In this document: positions 1-12,749 of the stretch, one piece after another | Layout of the letters: each line of letters begins with the position of its first letter | Position numbering within the stretch: the first letter of the stretch is position 1 | Assembly (NCBI RefSeq): GCF_033153115.1 | Contig: NW_026889755.1 | Coordinates: 558,001 to 622,000, forward strand | Source of the DNA: Saccostrea echinata | Lineage: Eukaryota | Direction: 5' to 3' | Length of the DNA: 64,000 bases | The notes under the pieces: generated by a model | The model's database searches: none | Told to the model about the DNA's origin: nothing | The model's input: only the letters and a program-made list of their open reading frames with translations | Translations under genes and position numbers: made by a program

Positions 1-723
1 GCTGATAAGCAAAATGCACGACACGAAAAACCAGAACACGACCGCGTAAGTACAACAGGCATCTTTTCTAATAGCAGAAGGAGTGATGAGGAAGAAGATC
101 GAGCTTACAGCCAGGATGATGACAAGACTGATCAAATACGGATCTTAAATTCTGAGATTCACAGGTCTGCAGTGTCACAGACAGATGAAACAGATGAAAC
201 AGGTGAAATAGACGGAGTACAAGATCCCTCGCCTATTTTGGGCTGCACAAAAGATCTGGGCAGTATAGATATAGCAAAAAAGAAAGAAAATCTAAGTAAT
301 ACGAAAACTTTTGCAAGCGTACTTACATCTTCAGAAAAATACAATGAGTGGATACCAAATGAATATGAAAATAAAGAACTAAGATAAACTTTTACAGGTT
401 ACACGTTCGTCCGCAGGAAACAACGTACTAAACGAATTGTCTTAGCTAACATAAAGGTACTAGGAACAACATTCGAGGAGGTCCAAAAAGATATTCGTGA
501 ATGGTGTGAAGAACGAGATGTTAAAGTGTCGGGCATATTTCTTCTAGCACATCACTCAGAAAGAAGATTTCCCACATTTGTAATCCGTGCAAGTATTGAT
601 GAAGATGACTACGAAAAAACACAGAATCCAAACTTCTGGCCAGAAACTATTTCGGCCAGAGAATGGATCATCCGTAATGACAGAAATACTGAACTTGACC
701 CTGGAAGTACAGACGATCCATGA
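1..723 (+). pseudogene. LINE ORF1 C-terminal part with one in-frame stop
   Basis: Track ORFs 172-387 and 526-723 are in the same frame and separated only by TAA at 385-387. The end FWPETISAREW resembles a common LINE ORF1 C-terminal motif. Confidence 0.7.
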
Positions 724-3700
724 TGACAGTGACACTTTTCATAATAATCCTTATGATTCTGTCTTGCTGGAATGTACATGGCGTTTTCACCTGCTTATCA
801 GAACTATCTGATGTAACAAAGTTTGCAGATGTCGTTTTTATATCTGAACATTGGCTTCCGAAAAATTGTCTGTCATGTTTGCGTACATCAATGTCAGATA
901 ACATAACCTGTTTTGCAACACCAGGAATATCCAAAAACAACATCACTAGAGGAGGGACTGCATTTTTGATTCGAAATAACAGTGAATTTTCTGTAAAAGA
1001 GGTGAGGACAGCGAATGAAAGAATAATAGGAATTGAAATTATTTATGGAACAAACCAATTGTTTATTATTGGATGCCTCCTTCCCTCAACAAACCTTCAA
1101 TGCGAGGAATACAAACGTGTGATGCAGGACGTATTTGACTTGTTTGATGAGCTTAGTGAAACTAGTCCTGTAATCTTATGTGGTGATTTTAATATGGATA
1201 TCAAAAACAAAACTAGCAGTCCAAAATCAAAGTTCCTTACAGAAAATACGCTAGACAGAAACCTTTGTAGTATATTTTCTACTGAACACCAATAGACATT
1301 CCAAACAAAAGATAAAAAACTGAAGTCGCTTCTAGACTACATTTTTGTTCCTGAAAGGCTTTCTCAAGAAGTGAAATATAACGAAATATATCAAGATTTT
1401 GCCTATGAAGTTTCTGACCATTTCCCTCTGTTTTGTGAAATTAATATAACTGGTGTTTTCGCCCAGTTACCTCCAGATTATTCAAGAAACATGCCAAAAT
1501 GGAAATTGGCTGACACCAACAAACTGGAAGCGTTCAAAAATTCGTTTGCTAACCTTTTAAACCCAGCAGATACAAGAACTCTATATAAGGATAATATTGA
1601 TACGTTCCTTGTCCATATTACTGCTTCGCTTTTAGCATCTTCTGATCAACATATACCATATGGAAAATTCAATCCGCATCTAAAACCATATTGGAAAAAA
1701 ATCAGAGTTAAACAGCGCCCATTATGAAATGAGATGCTCAAGATTGAAGGACCTGGAAATCAAAGGGATCTTCTAGAGATAAACAAAATGAATCGTATGA
1801 AAACTATAAAAAATCAAAACGTAAATTCAGAAAACTGCACAGACTTGCACAAAAAGACTGACACCTTGCAATATTTAATGAAATTGACAAAGCTACTGAA
1901 ATTGATATAGGAACTTTCTATAGGACAGCATGGAAAAATAAAAAAACGATCAGGTTCATCTTTGCCATCAAAATTAATTTATAAAGGGAAAACTGCTGAG
2001 AACATTACTGACATGTGCAATTTATGGCAAGAATACTATTCTGACCTTGCTAACGAAGAGTACCATCCAGGAAAATTTGATGAAGATTTTAAACACTTTA
2101 TAGATGAAACTGTGCAGAACATCGATAATAATCTAAAGAGCAGCGATGACATATTCACTGATGGGGACGTCATATCTGTTGAAGATGTCAAATACCAAAT
2201 TGAACAGCTTACCAAAGGGAAAACTCCTGGACCAGATTTTCTCACTAACGAACACCTTATATACAGTAGTCATATTGTGTCTGAACAACTGTGCTTACTT
2301 TTTAATGCTATAATCAGAGAAAAATACGTTCCTGGAATGTTCAAAGTAGGAAAAATTATAACTATGTATAAAGGTAAAAACAAAGATAAATGTATTCCTA
2401 CTAATTACAGGGGTATCACATTGACATCTGTAGTCAGTAAATTATTTGAAAAAATACTTTTGTCAAAAATTGAAGATGGTCTAATTAGTAGTGGAAAATC
2501 ATTTCCACATAATCTACAGTTTGGGTTTAGAAATGGTTATGGTGCCATCCCAGCATGCTATGTCCTAAAAGAATCTATTAGCTACTATGGAGATAGAGGT
2601 TCTCCAGTTTTCTGTGCATTTTTAGACAATGAAAAAGCCTTTGACAGAATCTGGCATAATGGTCTTTTATTTAAGTTGTATAATTTTGGAATTGACTCCA
2701 GATTTTGGCAAATTTTAAAGTACTGGTATAATGACAGCAAATGTATTGTATCATTTTGTGGTGTAAACTCCAATTTGTTCAAAACTTCTCAAGGTGTAGG
2801 GCAAGGAAGAGTACTTAGTGCTTTTATGTTTCTTGTGTATATTAATGATTTATTATATGGAATATGCAAAAATGGCAATGGTCTTTTACTGGGTGATTTA
2901 TACATTCCAGGTATTCTATTCGCAGATGATACTGCTCTAATGAGCAATTCACCAAGATCCTTACAGCGTTTACTCAACCATGTAGAAAACAATGTATTTA
3001 CTTGGAGACTCCATTACAATCCTAGTAAAAGCGTCTTTATTGTATTTAGAAAAACACAAAAATGTTCCTCATCTTGTAGCGTTACGCTTTTTGGTTGTGA
3101 AATACCTCAGTCTGAAAATACAATATATGCTGGTTGCCGTCTCCAGGCCAACATGAAAAGTGACAAACTTAAAGAACGAGTGTGCAAAACTGCTGGATCA
3201 AAAATCCACTCTTTATATTCTATTGGTGTTAATAACTCTGACAATCATCCCGTTGTATCTGCAAAGATATGGTAACGGGTCGTACTACCGTCTGCCCTCT
3301 ACTCCTGCGAGATTTGGCCGTCATTGTCACTAACAGACATGCAACAACTTGAATATGTACAAAGACACTTCTCCAGAATAATTCAAGGATTTTCAAAGTT
3401 TTCTCCGTCACTTTCAAGCATCTCAAATATTGGTCTGTGGACTATACAGGGTTACATTGATAAATGTCGCCTACTTTTTTAGGTAGACTCCATAGATCAG
3501 AACAAATCTCTGTACATTATCAGATCTATAAGTTTATTTCTGATGTTCATGTATCTGAAAAAAAATTTTTGCAACCAAAAACATGTTACAAACTGCTAAC
3601 AAATACCAGCTCTTAGATGTGTTTGAAAACAATTGTAGTATTATATACAGTAAAAAGGAATTTTCAAAAATGATTATCAAAACAATATGGTCTGCAGAGA

Positions 3701-4104
3701 AAATACAATGGCGTGCTGCTCTGTCTGGAGATCCTGATATGTCTTTTTTCAGTAAAATACATACCATGTTAAACCCAAATAAATTGTGACAGATTGCTAG
3801 AGAGGATCCCTCAAAAAGACTGTTAATCAATTTTTTGATTCATGTTTCATCGATGAAAATTGTTTGTAAATTTTGTCAATGTTGTAATAAGCTAACAAAT
3901 AACTATAATATGCACTTGATCTTAAGTTGTTTTACATTATTAGACGACAGAGAAACTATGTTTGAGGACATTTTAGATATACTTAATGTAAACGAGTATG
4001 TTTTATTTGAAGATCAAGATCCTGATTCACAGTTTTTATCGTTAATGGGTTGTGTTCAAGGCACAAGTTTTGAAACAAAAATATCTTTAACAAAATTATT
4101 ATGA
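720..4104 (+). pseudogene. LINE ORF2 (APE endonuclease plus reverse transcriptase) broken by stops and frameshifts
   Basis: Pieces 720-1295 and 1371-1727 (APE, same frame, TAG at 1293-1295), 1962-3275 (RT), 3583-3789 and 3835-4104 (Cys/His-rich C-terminus). Confidence 0.9.
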
Positions 4105-4560
4105 TAATCGTTGCCTCAACAGTATATAAAAACAAAAGCCTTTTTGCCATAGATTGTCGAAACCTGTAATGTTTTATTAGAAAATTGTACAAATATAAAT
4201 ATGTTTTTTCTTTTGTATTGTGTTGTTACATGAATTAATTATTTGATCATACAAACTCTCCATTAATTTGGGGGAAATAAAGAATATCTTATCTTATCTT
4301 ACTCTTACTCTTAGTCTAAACAGATGAATTATTAATTCAAAAAAGAAAGGATTATATATATATTTACATTTCCAAATATTTTCCCGTAAGATTCTTTGCA
4401 AATTAGAAAAAGTTCATGTTCTCATGAACTAACGTGGGATGGATAAGAATATTTCCATTGTGATGTGATTGAAGTCAAAAAATAGTGCAAACTCTTTTAT
4501 CAAAAAGGATTGTTAAATGACAAAAATATGTGGCAAGTCCTCGGAAAAATAATGCAAACT

Positions 4561-4663
4561 TAAGATATGAATTTGATTTTTGAGAATTCATGAGGTACAT
4601 AAACTACAACGCTTCCCGCCTGCGTATTTATCATGAATTCTCAAAAATTAATTTCATCTCTTA
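4561..4663. mobile_element. Short palindromic (fold-back) non-autonomous element
   Basis: TAAGATATGAATTTGATTTTTGAGAATTCATGA pairs with TCATGAATTCTCAAAAATTAATTTCATCTCTTA with about 3 mismatches; the apex (acgcttcccg) is degenerate. Confidence 0.6.
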
Positions 4664-4865
4664 CATAAAATGCTTTCATCAATGTTAATTTATTTGATTA
4701 CAGTAATAATTGTTGCGAAGTGTCTAAGATTTTGCAAATCAGCTAATCAAAGTAGGTATGAAAGAGTTAGAAGAATATGATAAACCAGACTTCGAGCAAA
4801 GAACGAACGAAGGTTGTTGTTGCCCGAATGTCGCAATTGTTATAACCACTAATGGACTAAAATGT

Positions 4866-4998
4866 TCTTTAAATGTTCTCCTAGTGACAAAAATTACGCT
4901 GATCTCATTTACTACAATACGGTTGTGAAAATGTTGACAATAAATAAATGAAACCTTCCGCGTATATTAAGCAAATGTTTTCTACCAATCTATGAAAA
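4866..4998 (+). repeat. About 133-bp dispersed repeat with an inverted near-identical copy at about 57770-57903
   Basis: tagtgacaaaaattacgctgat...tctaccaatctatgaaaa is the reverse complement of ttttcatagattggtaga...gtaacttttgtcacta with few mismatches. Confidence 0.85.
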
Positions 4999-4999
4999 A

Positions 5000-5075
5000 A
5001 GTCTGCTTCAAATACTTCGTTCTACTAATTTTTCCTATAGAAATGAACCATAGTACGAAGTATTTGAGGCAGACT
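5000..5075. mobile_element. 76-bp mini-MITE with 25-bp terminal inverted repeats
   Basis: AGTCTGCTTCAAATACTTCGTTCTA ... TAGTACGAAGTATTTGAGGCAGACT, 2 mismatches. Confidence 0.65.
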
Positions 5076-6055
5076 ATTGCTGGAACTCTTCAGCATCGGA
5101 GGTTTAAACGAATAGCTTATTGCTATGAAAAATCAACAACTTTATATTTTGATTGATTTAAACCTTTCAGAGGTAAGAAACGAAAGTTTTATAGTGAGAG
5201 GGAATTAAAAGGATGTCCAAAGCAAAAAGTTGAAGCGGACAACTAATTCATTTCAACCCGTATTAATCGAATCAAGCGGTCGAAGTCCGGGTATGAAACC
5301 CCGAATGAGATTATGTGATACTGGTCTGAGATCCGTAGGGATACCAGACCAAAATTTTTATTCTCTAAGGATCTCGCTGAGATTATTGATCTCCCTGATA
5401 CTGGCCTATGTCCATAGACCTAACGCAGATTTATGTACTATTAACAAAGAATTAAAGAAAGACGTGTAATTCATTGATTGAAAATCACACTGCATAAGAT
5501 TTATAGTGTACGGATGGCTCAACAATTAAAATAAAAAAAAAACGTAAGATAGAAAGCGTCGATACCACACAATGATATCAAATTCGCATCGAGGACATAA
5601 TCAGAGAACTAGAGCGCACTGGCTATATGTATATAAGAGATTATTCTACAAATTTAAGATGTTTTATTTTTATTATTTAAACCTGTCACATTCTTAAATA
5701 AAAGGACATAGTGTACTCAACATAAAATCAGAATAGATTTTTTTGTGAGATATATTTAATACTGGCTATAGTGTCTTCTTAAAATGAGAGTTGTATGTAA
5801 ATGGGGGGGGGGGGGGGGCTCAGCTTATAGAGCTCATACATGTTCAGTTCTCAACACGAAGAAATAAATTGACAATAACAACCATTGTCTATATTAAAGA
5901 TGCCCTCTAAAAGCTTTTGATGACAATACAAATACACGTGGAAAAACACGAGATGGGATTTTTTTTAACCTTTAAAAATAAAAACTTGTTTTAAAAAGTA
6001 CTTGGGGAGAAAACCACTGCAATAACAACACAATTATTATTTTCCGCAGATATTG

Positions 6056-6558
6056 AAAACTTTGTGAAAGGAGAAATATAAAGGTAAAGAAAAACACGAA
6101 CATTTATGATCTAATTTCAACATTATGATGTAAAAATGATTATAATAAAATTAATACATGAAATATGAAAATAAATAAAATGTGACTTTTTTTCTAGAAT
6201 ATTTTTTTTTTGGTTAGAATACTGTAATGAATTTGTTGATAAAATACTTTCTTTAAAACAAATAATCATTTCTTAGGTTATTTTAGTTCCTTCCCTGATT
6301 AAAAACAATGACCACAGTAATTATCAGTAAATCTCAACATCGACAGCGCATCAACAGTATTTATCAGTATTTATCAGACTCCACAGTAAAGACGACAGTA
6401 ATTATCAGTATTTATCAGAAACAACTAAAATTATCAGCAACTACAGTAATAATAACAGTAAATTTCAGTATTTATCAGAAAGAACAGCACCTTATCAGTA
6501 ATTATCAAACATTATCAGTAAAATTTGGGATTCTCAGCACTTTTTTCGTCCAGTAGTG
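6056..6558 (-). mobile_element. CACTA/EnSpm-like element end with CAGTA(A/T)TTATCAG subterminal repeats, copy 1
   Basis: Terminus reads CACTACTGGACGAAAAAAGTGCTGAGAATCCCA on the minus strand; homologous copies at 55408-55785 (+) and about 57975-58254 (-). Confidence 0.6.
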
Positions 6559-6579
6559 AACGTTCATAACGTTTACTAT

Positions 6580-6832
6580 GGAGTTAATTCTCACGTCGCA
6601 GGTTCAAATCCTACTGCAGGACATGGAGACCGGTCCTTCGGAAGAGACCATAAAAACCGAGGTCGCTTGTCGCAGTAGGTCCTGAGCGCCTATAGGTCTA
6701 AATTTCCAGTCCTCTATCGGCATGTGGTGTTGTCTCAATATGAGAGAAAAATTCTCGAAAGGGACGTACATTTAATAAAACAAACACAAGCAACAAAAAA
6801 ACAAACAAACAAACAAACAAACAAAAAACAAA
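6580..6832 (+). mobile_element. 5'-truncated, internally deleted copy of SINE family A
   Basis: B box-like GGTTCAAATCC, core GGTCCTTCGGAAGAGACC..AAACCGAGGTC and a (CAAA)n tail; aligns to the copies at 10721 and 49711. Confidence 0.85.
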
Positions 6833-7829
6833 AAGAGATCGTAATATCCCGAATAACCTTACATCAATAGGATTCATGAAAACTACTGAAGATATGTGTC
6901 TCTGAGTACTGTTTTAAACGAAGTACTGTATAACGTAACATGATAAACAAATGAGTCAACATAGCAATTTTTTTTCTTTATCCGAGACTGGATTGATTAT
7001 TGAGAACGACAATTCTAGAAACAAGTTGATAGACATACAGAGTTTTTTTCTACTGTTTTCATGAAAAAAGGGGGAAAAGTATATATTCTACCAAAACACA
7101 AAGGGCAAAAATTTGATCCAAAACTTAGTTGGTTAGAGGAGTTTTTGATCACGCACTGGTAAATAGTGCTGAAGAGATTTTCTGGTTATACTAGCCAGAC
7201 AAGCGTGATTTTATACCTCACGTAAAACTGTATATTCTGGAGATTTGAACCTGACGAAATCAACTCGAACGCGCAACTTAAACTGCTGAAAATGGCTGAT
7301 GTCGCGATGCTAATAATAACGCCTCATTTTGCTATAAAACTAATACATATGATCACAAACAACAATTTGATAGTCAAATAAAGTACATGTAATTTTCAAG
7401 AGAATTCTCCAATAATTCATAAAAAATACTGACTTTTTGAGCATTCTTCCGACATTGGGAATTTAGGACATTCCTTTGCCATTTTCCGTCACCGTATTGA
7501 TAAAAAAACGGACACTCACTTTTTTTTAAAGAGAACCATTGTATATTCAGTTGTATTTTATATGTAAGAAGTCTGTGGAACTATGCTGTCCAGGTGATGT
7601 CATTCTGTGTACATGATCACGATGTGCTGGTTGTGAATTTCACCTGTTATTAGGTATGTAATGTAATGCAATGCCGGTATGTCTCTTGTTAGTAGGGGCA
7701 ATTTTATAGACATCATTACGAAAGATTAGCCTGTGAATGCAAATATTTAATCTGTAATGTATGCTGCCTTATCCTGTGCAGAAAATACTATAAGAAAACA
7801 TAATTAATATACATGGTTAATGTGAATGT

Positions 7830-8300
7830 ATAATCTTTCTAAGGACAGTATGGGGACGTTTTCGTTTTATTTATTTATTTATTTATTTTTAATATTTTGT
7901 ATTTATTTGTTCTAGAAGTGTACAGAAAAAAAAAATATGGTATGGTAAAGTGGGCACTGGAAAAATTTATTAATTGAGATTTATTTATTTTTTTTTTACC
8001 TGACTATAGAATACAATAGAATTTATATAAAGCAAGGAAGAGATCAGAGGCATTCCGAATAATTTATTCCTCTTGCGTTCACCCTTTGTTCACCGTTCAC
8101 TCTGCTCGCGTTTGCACTCTGTTTCCCTTCTGCGTTCGCTCACCGTTCACAGTTTACCAACCGTTTAACAAATTGTGTTAAGCGTCCACATACTGTCACC
8201 TCTCCGTTCGCTCTGTGATTGTGTTTGTTCAGCCTTCGCTCACCATTTGTTAAGCGTTCGCTCACCATTCAATTAGGAAAGTAGAAGGTTTCAGGGACTG
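7830..8300 (-). mobile_element. Solitary left end of the Tc1/mariner-like element seen whole at 50089-52498
   Basis: GGAAAGTAGAAGGTTTCAGGGACTG followed by TA at 8301; GTTCAC/CGTTC repeats; AGATCAGAGGCATTCCGAATA is the reverse complement of sequence at about 50313-50333. Confidence 0.75.
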
Positions 8301-8752
8301 TATATACAGTTTACATATGTAAGGAATGTCTATAAACTTCACGTGCAAATTGAATACTAATGTACGATATGTTATCTCAACAGGTTTTTAATAACAGCGA
8401 AAAGAACAGAATGGATTTTCTATCAATCAGCAGTCAAAATTTAAAACTTCTAAGTTAACCTTTGGCAGTATATTCTTTGTTTTAATCTAGGTGCACTTAT
8501 AGAATTCTTTGATCTTGAAACCACAAGACTGGGTTTAAATAAATAGGGGAGTGAATCAAATTTAAAAAAAAAATAATCTTGCTGGAATAATTATAGCAAG
8601 ACTGATACAGTTTAAACATATGGTAAATGATATCAACTTTGCTAGCAGTACTATAAAAGAAATAACTGGAAGGGTTTCAAACTATTTTAAGTACAATCAT
8701 ACTATTAAGATTACTTTATGTTCGAATCATCTTAAGGTAACGCAAGAAAAAG

Positions 8753-9049
8753 TTTGTTTGTTTGTTTTTTAACGTCCCTCTCGAGAAATTTTACTGATAT
8801 GGAGATGCCACCACTTGCCGTTGGAGAACTGCAAATTTTTACCTATACTCGGCACTGAGGGCCATTGAGCAGTGTGGGATCGTTTTTCGTGCCAGCACCT
8901 ACTGCGACACGGGACCTCGGTTTATACGGTCTCATCCGAAGGACCGGTCTCCACGTCCTGCAGTGGGATTCAAACAGCGACGTAAGGATCAACTCCTTAC
9001 TCCGCGACTCTAGAGCAGACGCTTTAACCTTTGCGCCACGCGGGCGACT
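8753..9049 (-). mobile_element. tRNA-derived SINE family A (MetaSINE/MESC-like core), full length
   Basis: Reverse complement of the 10721 copy; flanked by the 12-bp target-site duplication CGCAAGAAAAAG (8741-8752 and 9050-9061). Confidence 0.92.
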
Positions 9050-9739
9050 CGCAAGAAAAAGAGTGTACAAAAAAACAAAACACGGCCACATTGGACTGAT
9101 GCATTCAAAGCGGAATGTAGACGATATACACTGTACCTGCTTACTGTAGATATATACATGTAATACACACACGACCAACCTATATTATCTAGGTAACGAC
9201 ATGTACTTTAAAATTATAAAACTTCTGGTTTAGTAGAAAAATAAAAACGACGGGAGTAGATGTCCCTGAAACATTAAATTGTTGCTGTAAGTGTGGGTAT
9301 CTGTAATCGTGTTATTTTGAGATTATTATTTCTTTTTACAGCAACCTTTTCTTCATTAAGATATGGTATGTTTATATTTTGATTAAAAAAAGCCAGAGCT
9401 TTCAGTTGCTTATAATGCAAGTATATTGTTCTCTGTTAGCGATCACCAGATCATAAATAACTGTGCTGACATTTTTTTTGCATTTCTTGAAGCTACAAAC
9501 TTTGTACTTTTTTATTAAGATTTTAAATTCACTAAATGTGATAATACACAATTGCATCTATTTCATATGAAAAACTGCATGTTAAGAAAAGTTTCTTTCA
9601 CAAACAAAATAAACTGTCAAACGTATGTTTAAGGAATCTATTGTAATTTTTTTTATTTGCAGAAGAATTTAATTTAAAGAGGGAAGAGTATTATAATTAT
9701 ATTTAAAACATGATTGTGACGTAAACCTTTTGTTTGTGT

Positions 9740-9845
9740 TGTCCATTCTATAGCTTAATGTTGAGCTAACTCCTCAAACAATCCATTGAGTTACCTGTAA
9801 GTGTCCATTCTTTTTGGAAAACTGTCCATTCTTTTAAGAATGGAC

Positions 9846-9885
<40 letters not shown>

Positions 9886-11423
9886 CAAAAAGAATGGACA
9901 GTTAAAACAAACAGAATGGAGAGTTACAGGTAAACTTTGGAATGTGTTCAAGAGGGAAACAAAAACAAAAAAAACATTAAATACTTTTTAATTTACATGT
10001 TAATAACAAAAAAAAAAAAAAAAACAAACAAACAAACAAAAAACAAAACAAAACAAAACAATACAAAAACGCGGAGATCAAAGTTAATCCAGAACATAAT
10101 TTCTGCACAGCATGCACTCGATTTCACTCTTTTAAATCCATGAATGATGCACTTTATTTCAATACCCAAAAACTTAATTTTTACAGAATTTGAATTCAAA
10201 TGACACAATTTCACATTTGATTTAAATTTCGGAAAAATCATTCCCTCGAGGAGAATTCATTTTCAGATAGAAATACGTCTAATATTAAATCCTCCACCAG
10301 AAAACAGTTTGCACCATATGAACACTACACTGCTGCAGTTAATATTTTGGTAGAAAATAAATAAAAATGAAACATTTCCAGATTTGATTTGAAAAACATT
10401 TCAGGTCGAAGATTGGCTCATGGCTAATCCAACACTCGGAACACAATTTGCATATCACCATTACACTGCTGCAGTTAATATATCCTCAAAAATAGAATTC
10501 AAATAAAACATTTCCAGGTTTGATTTGAATTTGATCATCTGTATCCGTCGTTGAAGTTCATTTCTGGGTCAAAATTTGGCTAATATTTCTTTTACTCTTA
10601 CTTTTCTGTTTCCAGATCAAAATATCACTAATTTTGTGCATATTTTGGTATATAAGATTTTGTTTCTGTCATATACTTTCTCCATCACAGGAAAACATGT
10701 ATGCCTTTACAACGCAAACTAGGTCGCCCGCGTGGCGCAGTGGTTAGAGCGTCTGCTCTAGAATCGCGGCGTAAGGAGTTGATCCTTACGTCGCGGGTTC
10801 GAATCCCACTGTGGGACGTGGAGACCGGTCCATCGGATGAGACCGTATAAACCGAGGTCCCGTGTCGCAGTAGGTGCTGGAACGAAAAAGATCCCTCACT
10901 GCTCAATGGCCGTAAGTGCCGAGTATAGGACAAAATTTGCAGCTCTCCACCGGCAGATGGTGGCATCTCCATATGAGTGAAAAATTTTCGAGAGGGACGT
11001 TAAACAACATAAAAACAAACAAACAAAAAAAAAAAACAACGCAAACTGTAAACTGATTTTGAAACATGGCATATTTGTATAAATACTAGTATTCCACAAA
11101 ATCCACCTGTAACTGTCCATTCTTAAGAAAAAGATCATTTGTTATTTGCATCTGGAAACACAATGGTTATTCAACAGATTGCTCTGCATCCCTAGCTTAC
11201 CTGTGACTGTCCATTCCGTAAACAATGAACTTGTCATTGTATGTGTGCTACCTGTCATTTTGTACATTTTTTATTTAATTTTCAAAACAAAGGAAACCAT
11301 GTTTAAGTAGGAGAAAGGCCTTAAACTGTCCATTCTATTAGAGAAAGAACTAATCTCGGGGCTACGGCCCTCGATTAGTTCTTTCTCGCACAGAATGGAC
11401 AGTTTTTGGCCTTTCTCCTTTAC
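9740..11423. mobile_element. Non-autonomous element with repeated (TTACCTGTA)ACTGTCCATTCT motifs and a terminal palindrome of about 115 bp; interrupted by a SINE
   Basis: Motif occurs in both orientations near 9740, 9791, 9820-9849 (itself palindromic), 9890, 9912, 11106, 11197, 11324 and 11392; long hairpin at 11308-11423. Confidence 0.55.
10721..11035 (+). mobile_element. tRNA-derived SINE family A, full length
   Basis: A box TGGCGCAGTGG, B box GGTTCGAATCC, core CGGATGAGACCGTATAAACCGAGGTCCCGTGT and a CAAA tail; TSD ACAACGCAAACT at 10709-10720 and 11036-11047. Confidence 0.93.
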
Positions 11424-11680
11424 ATATACCTACAGATCATGATTTAGTTTTAAGTTTTTCTTAGTAGGGAAAGATTAATCCAACAAGTTTACTTTTTAGT
11501 TGGTCTTGAAGAAATTCAAGACACACACGAATTTATCGTGCATGACAGGTTTTAACAATAACTCAAAAATACAATTTTCATGCTCGAGAGTGTATCTTAC
11601 AAACAGTACACTTTCGCATATGGATATGTGGCACATGAGAATTCATTTTCTAATTTCCATTTTTTTTTTCGTTAAATCAA

Positions 11681-11713
<33 letters not shown>

Positions 11714-11849
11714 CATTGGCTTTTTATACATAAATTTGTATAGTTTGTAGGATTTCAGACATCGATCAGTGTTTGTTATGATCACCTACCTGGTAAGGCT
11801 CAGATTAATGCTTTTAGGTTGTATCAATAATTGATTGAACGCTAATTAA

Positions 11850-11965
11850 ATGAAATATGGAGATAACAAACAGTTTTCAAGCTCAGAAGTTCATTCAAAC
11901 AATGCAAATCAGGAGCAGAGCAAACATGAACCTCTTAAACATCAGATGTGGGATCAGGTGCCATG
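11850..11965 (-). mobile_element. 3' fragment of a Penelope-like retroelement family (same family as 28725-29055)
   Basis: Minus strand reads CATGGCACCTGATCCCACATCTGATG...ATCTCCATATTTCAT, matching the 3' part of the 28725 fragment. Confidence 0.5.
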
Positions 11966-12347
11966 ATTCTAAATTATTTACGGATAAAACTTTCTATATA
12001 TCTTAGCTTACATCTGACAAATCTAAAGTGAGATTGTTTCAAAAGTCATTCATTTTTACATGTATGTTTTTGTAAATAAGTAAAATATTGGGAATTCGTA
12101 GCAATTGTGTTCATGTATGCATCATACATCCCTAAATTAATATCTTCTCCTGTGGACTGTTTTTGAATGATGTCACTAAATCATGTTATATATATAAATA
12201 TAAGTAAAGAATTGGTACATGTATTTTCTTTAGATCATAAGGATATTAGATGGTTCAGTTAGTATCCAAAATATCATAACTGTTGTTTTTTTTCAGATCA
12301 GTGTATTGTGGGTTTTATTGCCTAGACATCTAAGTGACAAAACCAAT

Positions 12348-12682
12348 CACGGAAGTCTAGTGGTTGGGTGCTCGATTCATGATTTCACGGGTTCGATTCT
12401 TGTTCCCCGTGCTGGTCAAACCATAGACCTATAACGTAGGAAGTGACTGTTCCTTCGTCAAGCGCTAGATGTTAAAAAAACGGGTCTTTCGGGTAAGACA
12501 TGGAAAGCCGAGGTCCTGTGTCACGGTAGAAGCTGGCATGAAAAAGATCCCTCACTGCCATGACCGTAAGCGTCATGCATTCGTCAAATTTTGAAGCTAT
12601 ATTCATTGGCTTACGGTAATGTCTCCCTATAAGTGAAAAATAATCTATTGGAACTTTAGGCAAAATGCAATCAATCAATCAA
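12348..12682 (+). mobile_element. tRNA-derived SINE family B (extra V-domain-like block before the core shared with family A), degenerate
   Basis: Degenerate A/B boxes (TCTAGTGG, GGTTCGATTC), block GGTCAAACC..GACC..GTGACTGTTCCTTCG, core AAAGCCGAGGTCCTGTGTC and a (CAAT)n tail. Confidence 0.8.
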
Positions 12683-12749
12683 GCTAAGGGATGGAAGATT
12701 ACCTTGAATTCAAATATTATTTAACTGTAGTGAAAATTTGTATTCGCAG

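Larger units (their letters stand above)
1..4313 (+). mobile_element. Near full-length but disrupted non-LTR retrotransposon (APE-RT LINE; CR1/L2/RTE-X-type, clade not resolved), 5' end outside the window
   Basis: ORF1 remnant (1-723) is followed by ORF2 pieces with APE motifs (SCWNVHG, ISEHW, CGDFN, LDYIF, SDHFP) and RT motifs (NYRGITL, QFGFR, FLDNEKAFD, GVGQGRVLS, FADD). AATAAA at 4276-4281 and an (ATCTT/ACTCTT)n tail at 4285-4313 mark the 3' end. Confidence 0.93.

Noticed and set aside
720-790. Hydrophobic start MMTVTLFIIILMILSC resembling a signal peptide
   Set aside because: It runs straight into the APE first-strand motif SCWNVHG, so it is the LINE endonuclease N-terminus rather than a secreted protein.
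8843-9178. ORFs overlapping SINE copies (also 10685-11138, 12472-12678, 20928-21140)
   Set aside because: Chance ORFs in GC-richer SINE sequence; their mutual similarity reflects the repeat.
10745-10770. CTCTAGA loop in the SINE A head suggesting an amber-suppressor (CTA) tRNA
   Set aside because: No paired anticodon stem or acceptor stem; it is a multi-copy SINE head with TSDs.
4314-12749. Expected upstream signal, lectin and EGF exons of gene A
   Set aside because: None found by eye; they lie beyond the window start or have been lost, so they were not annotated.
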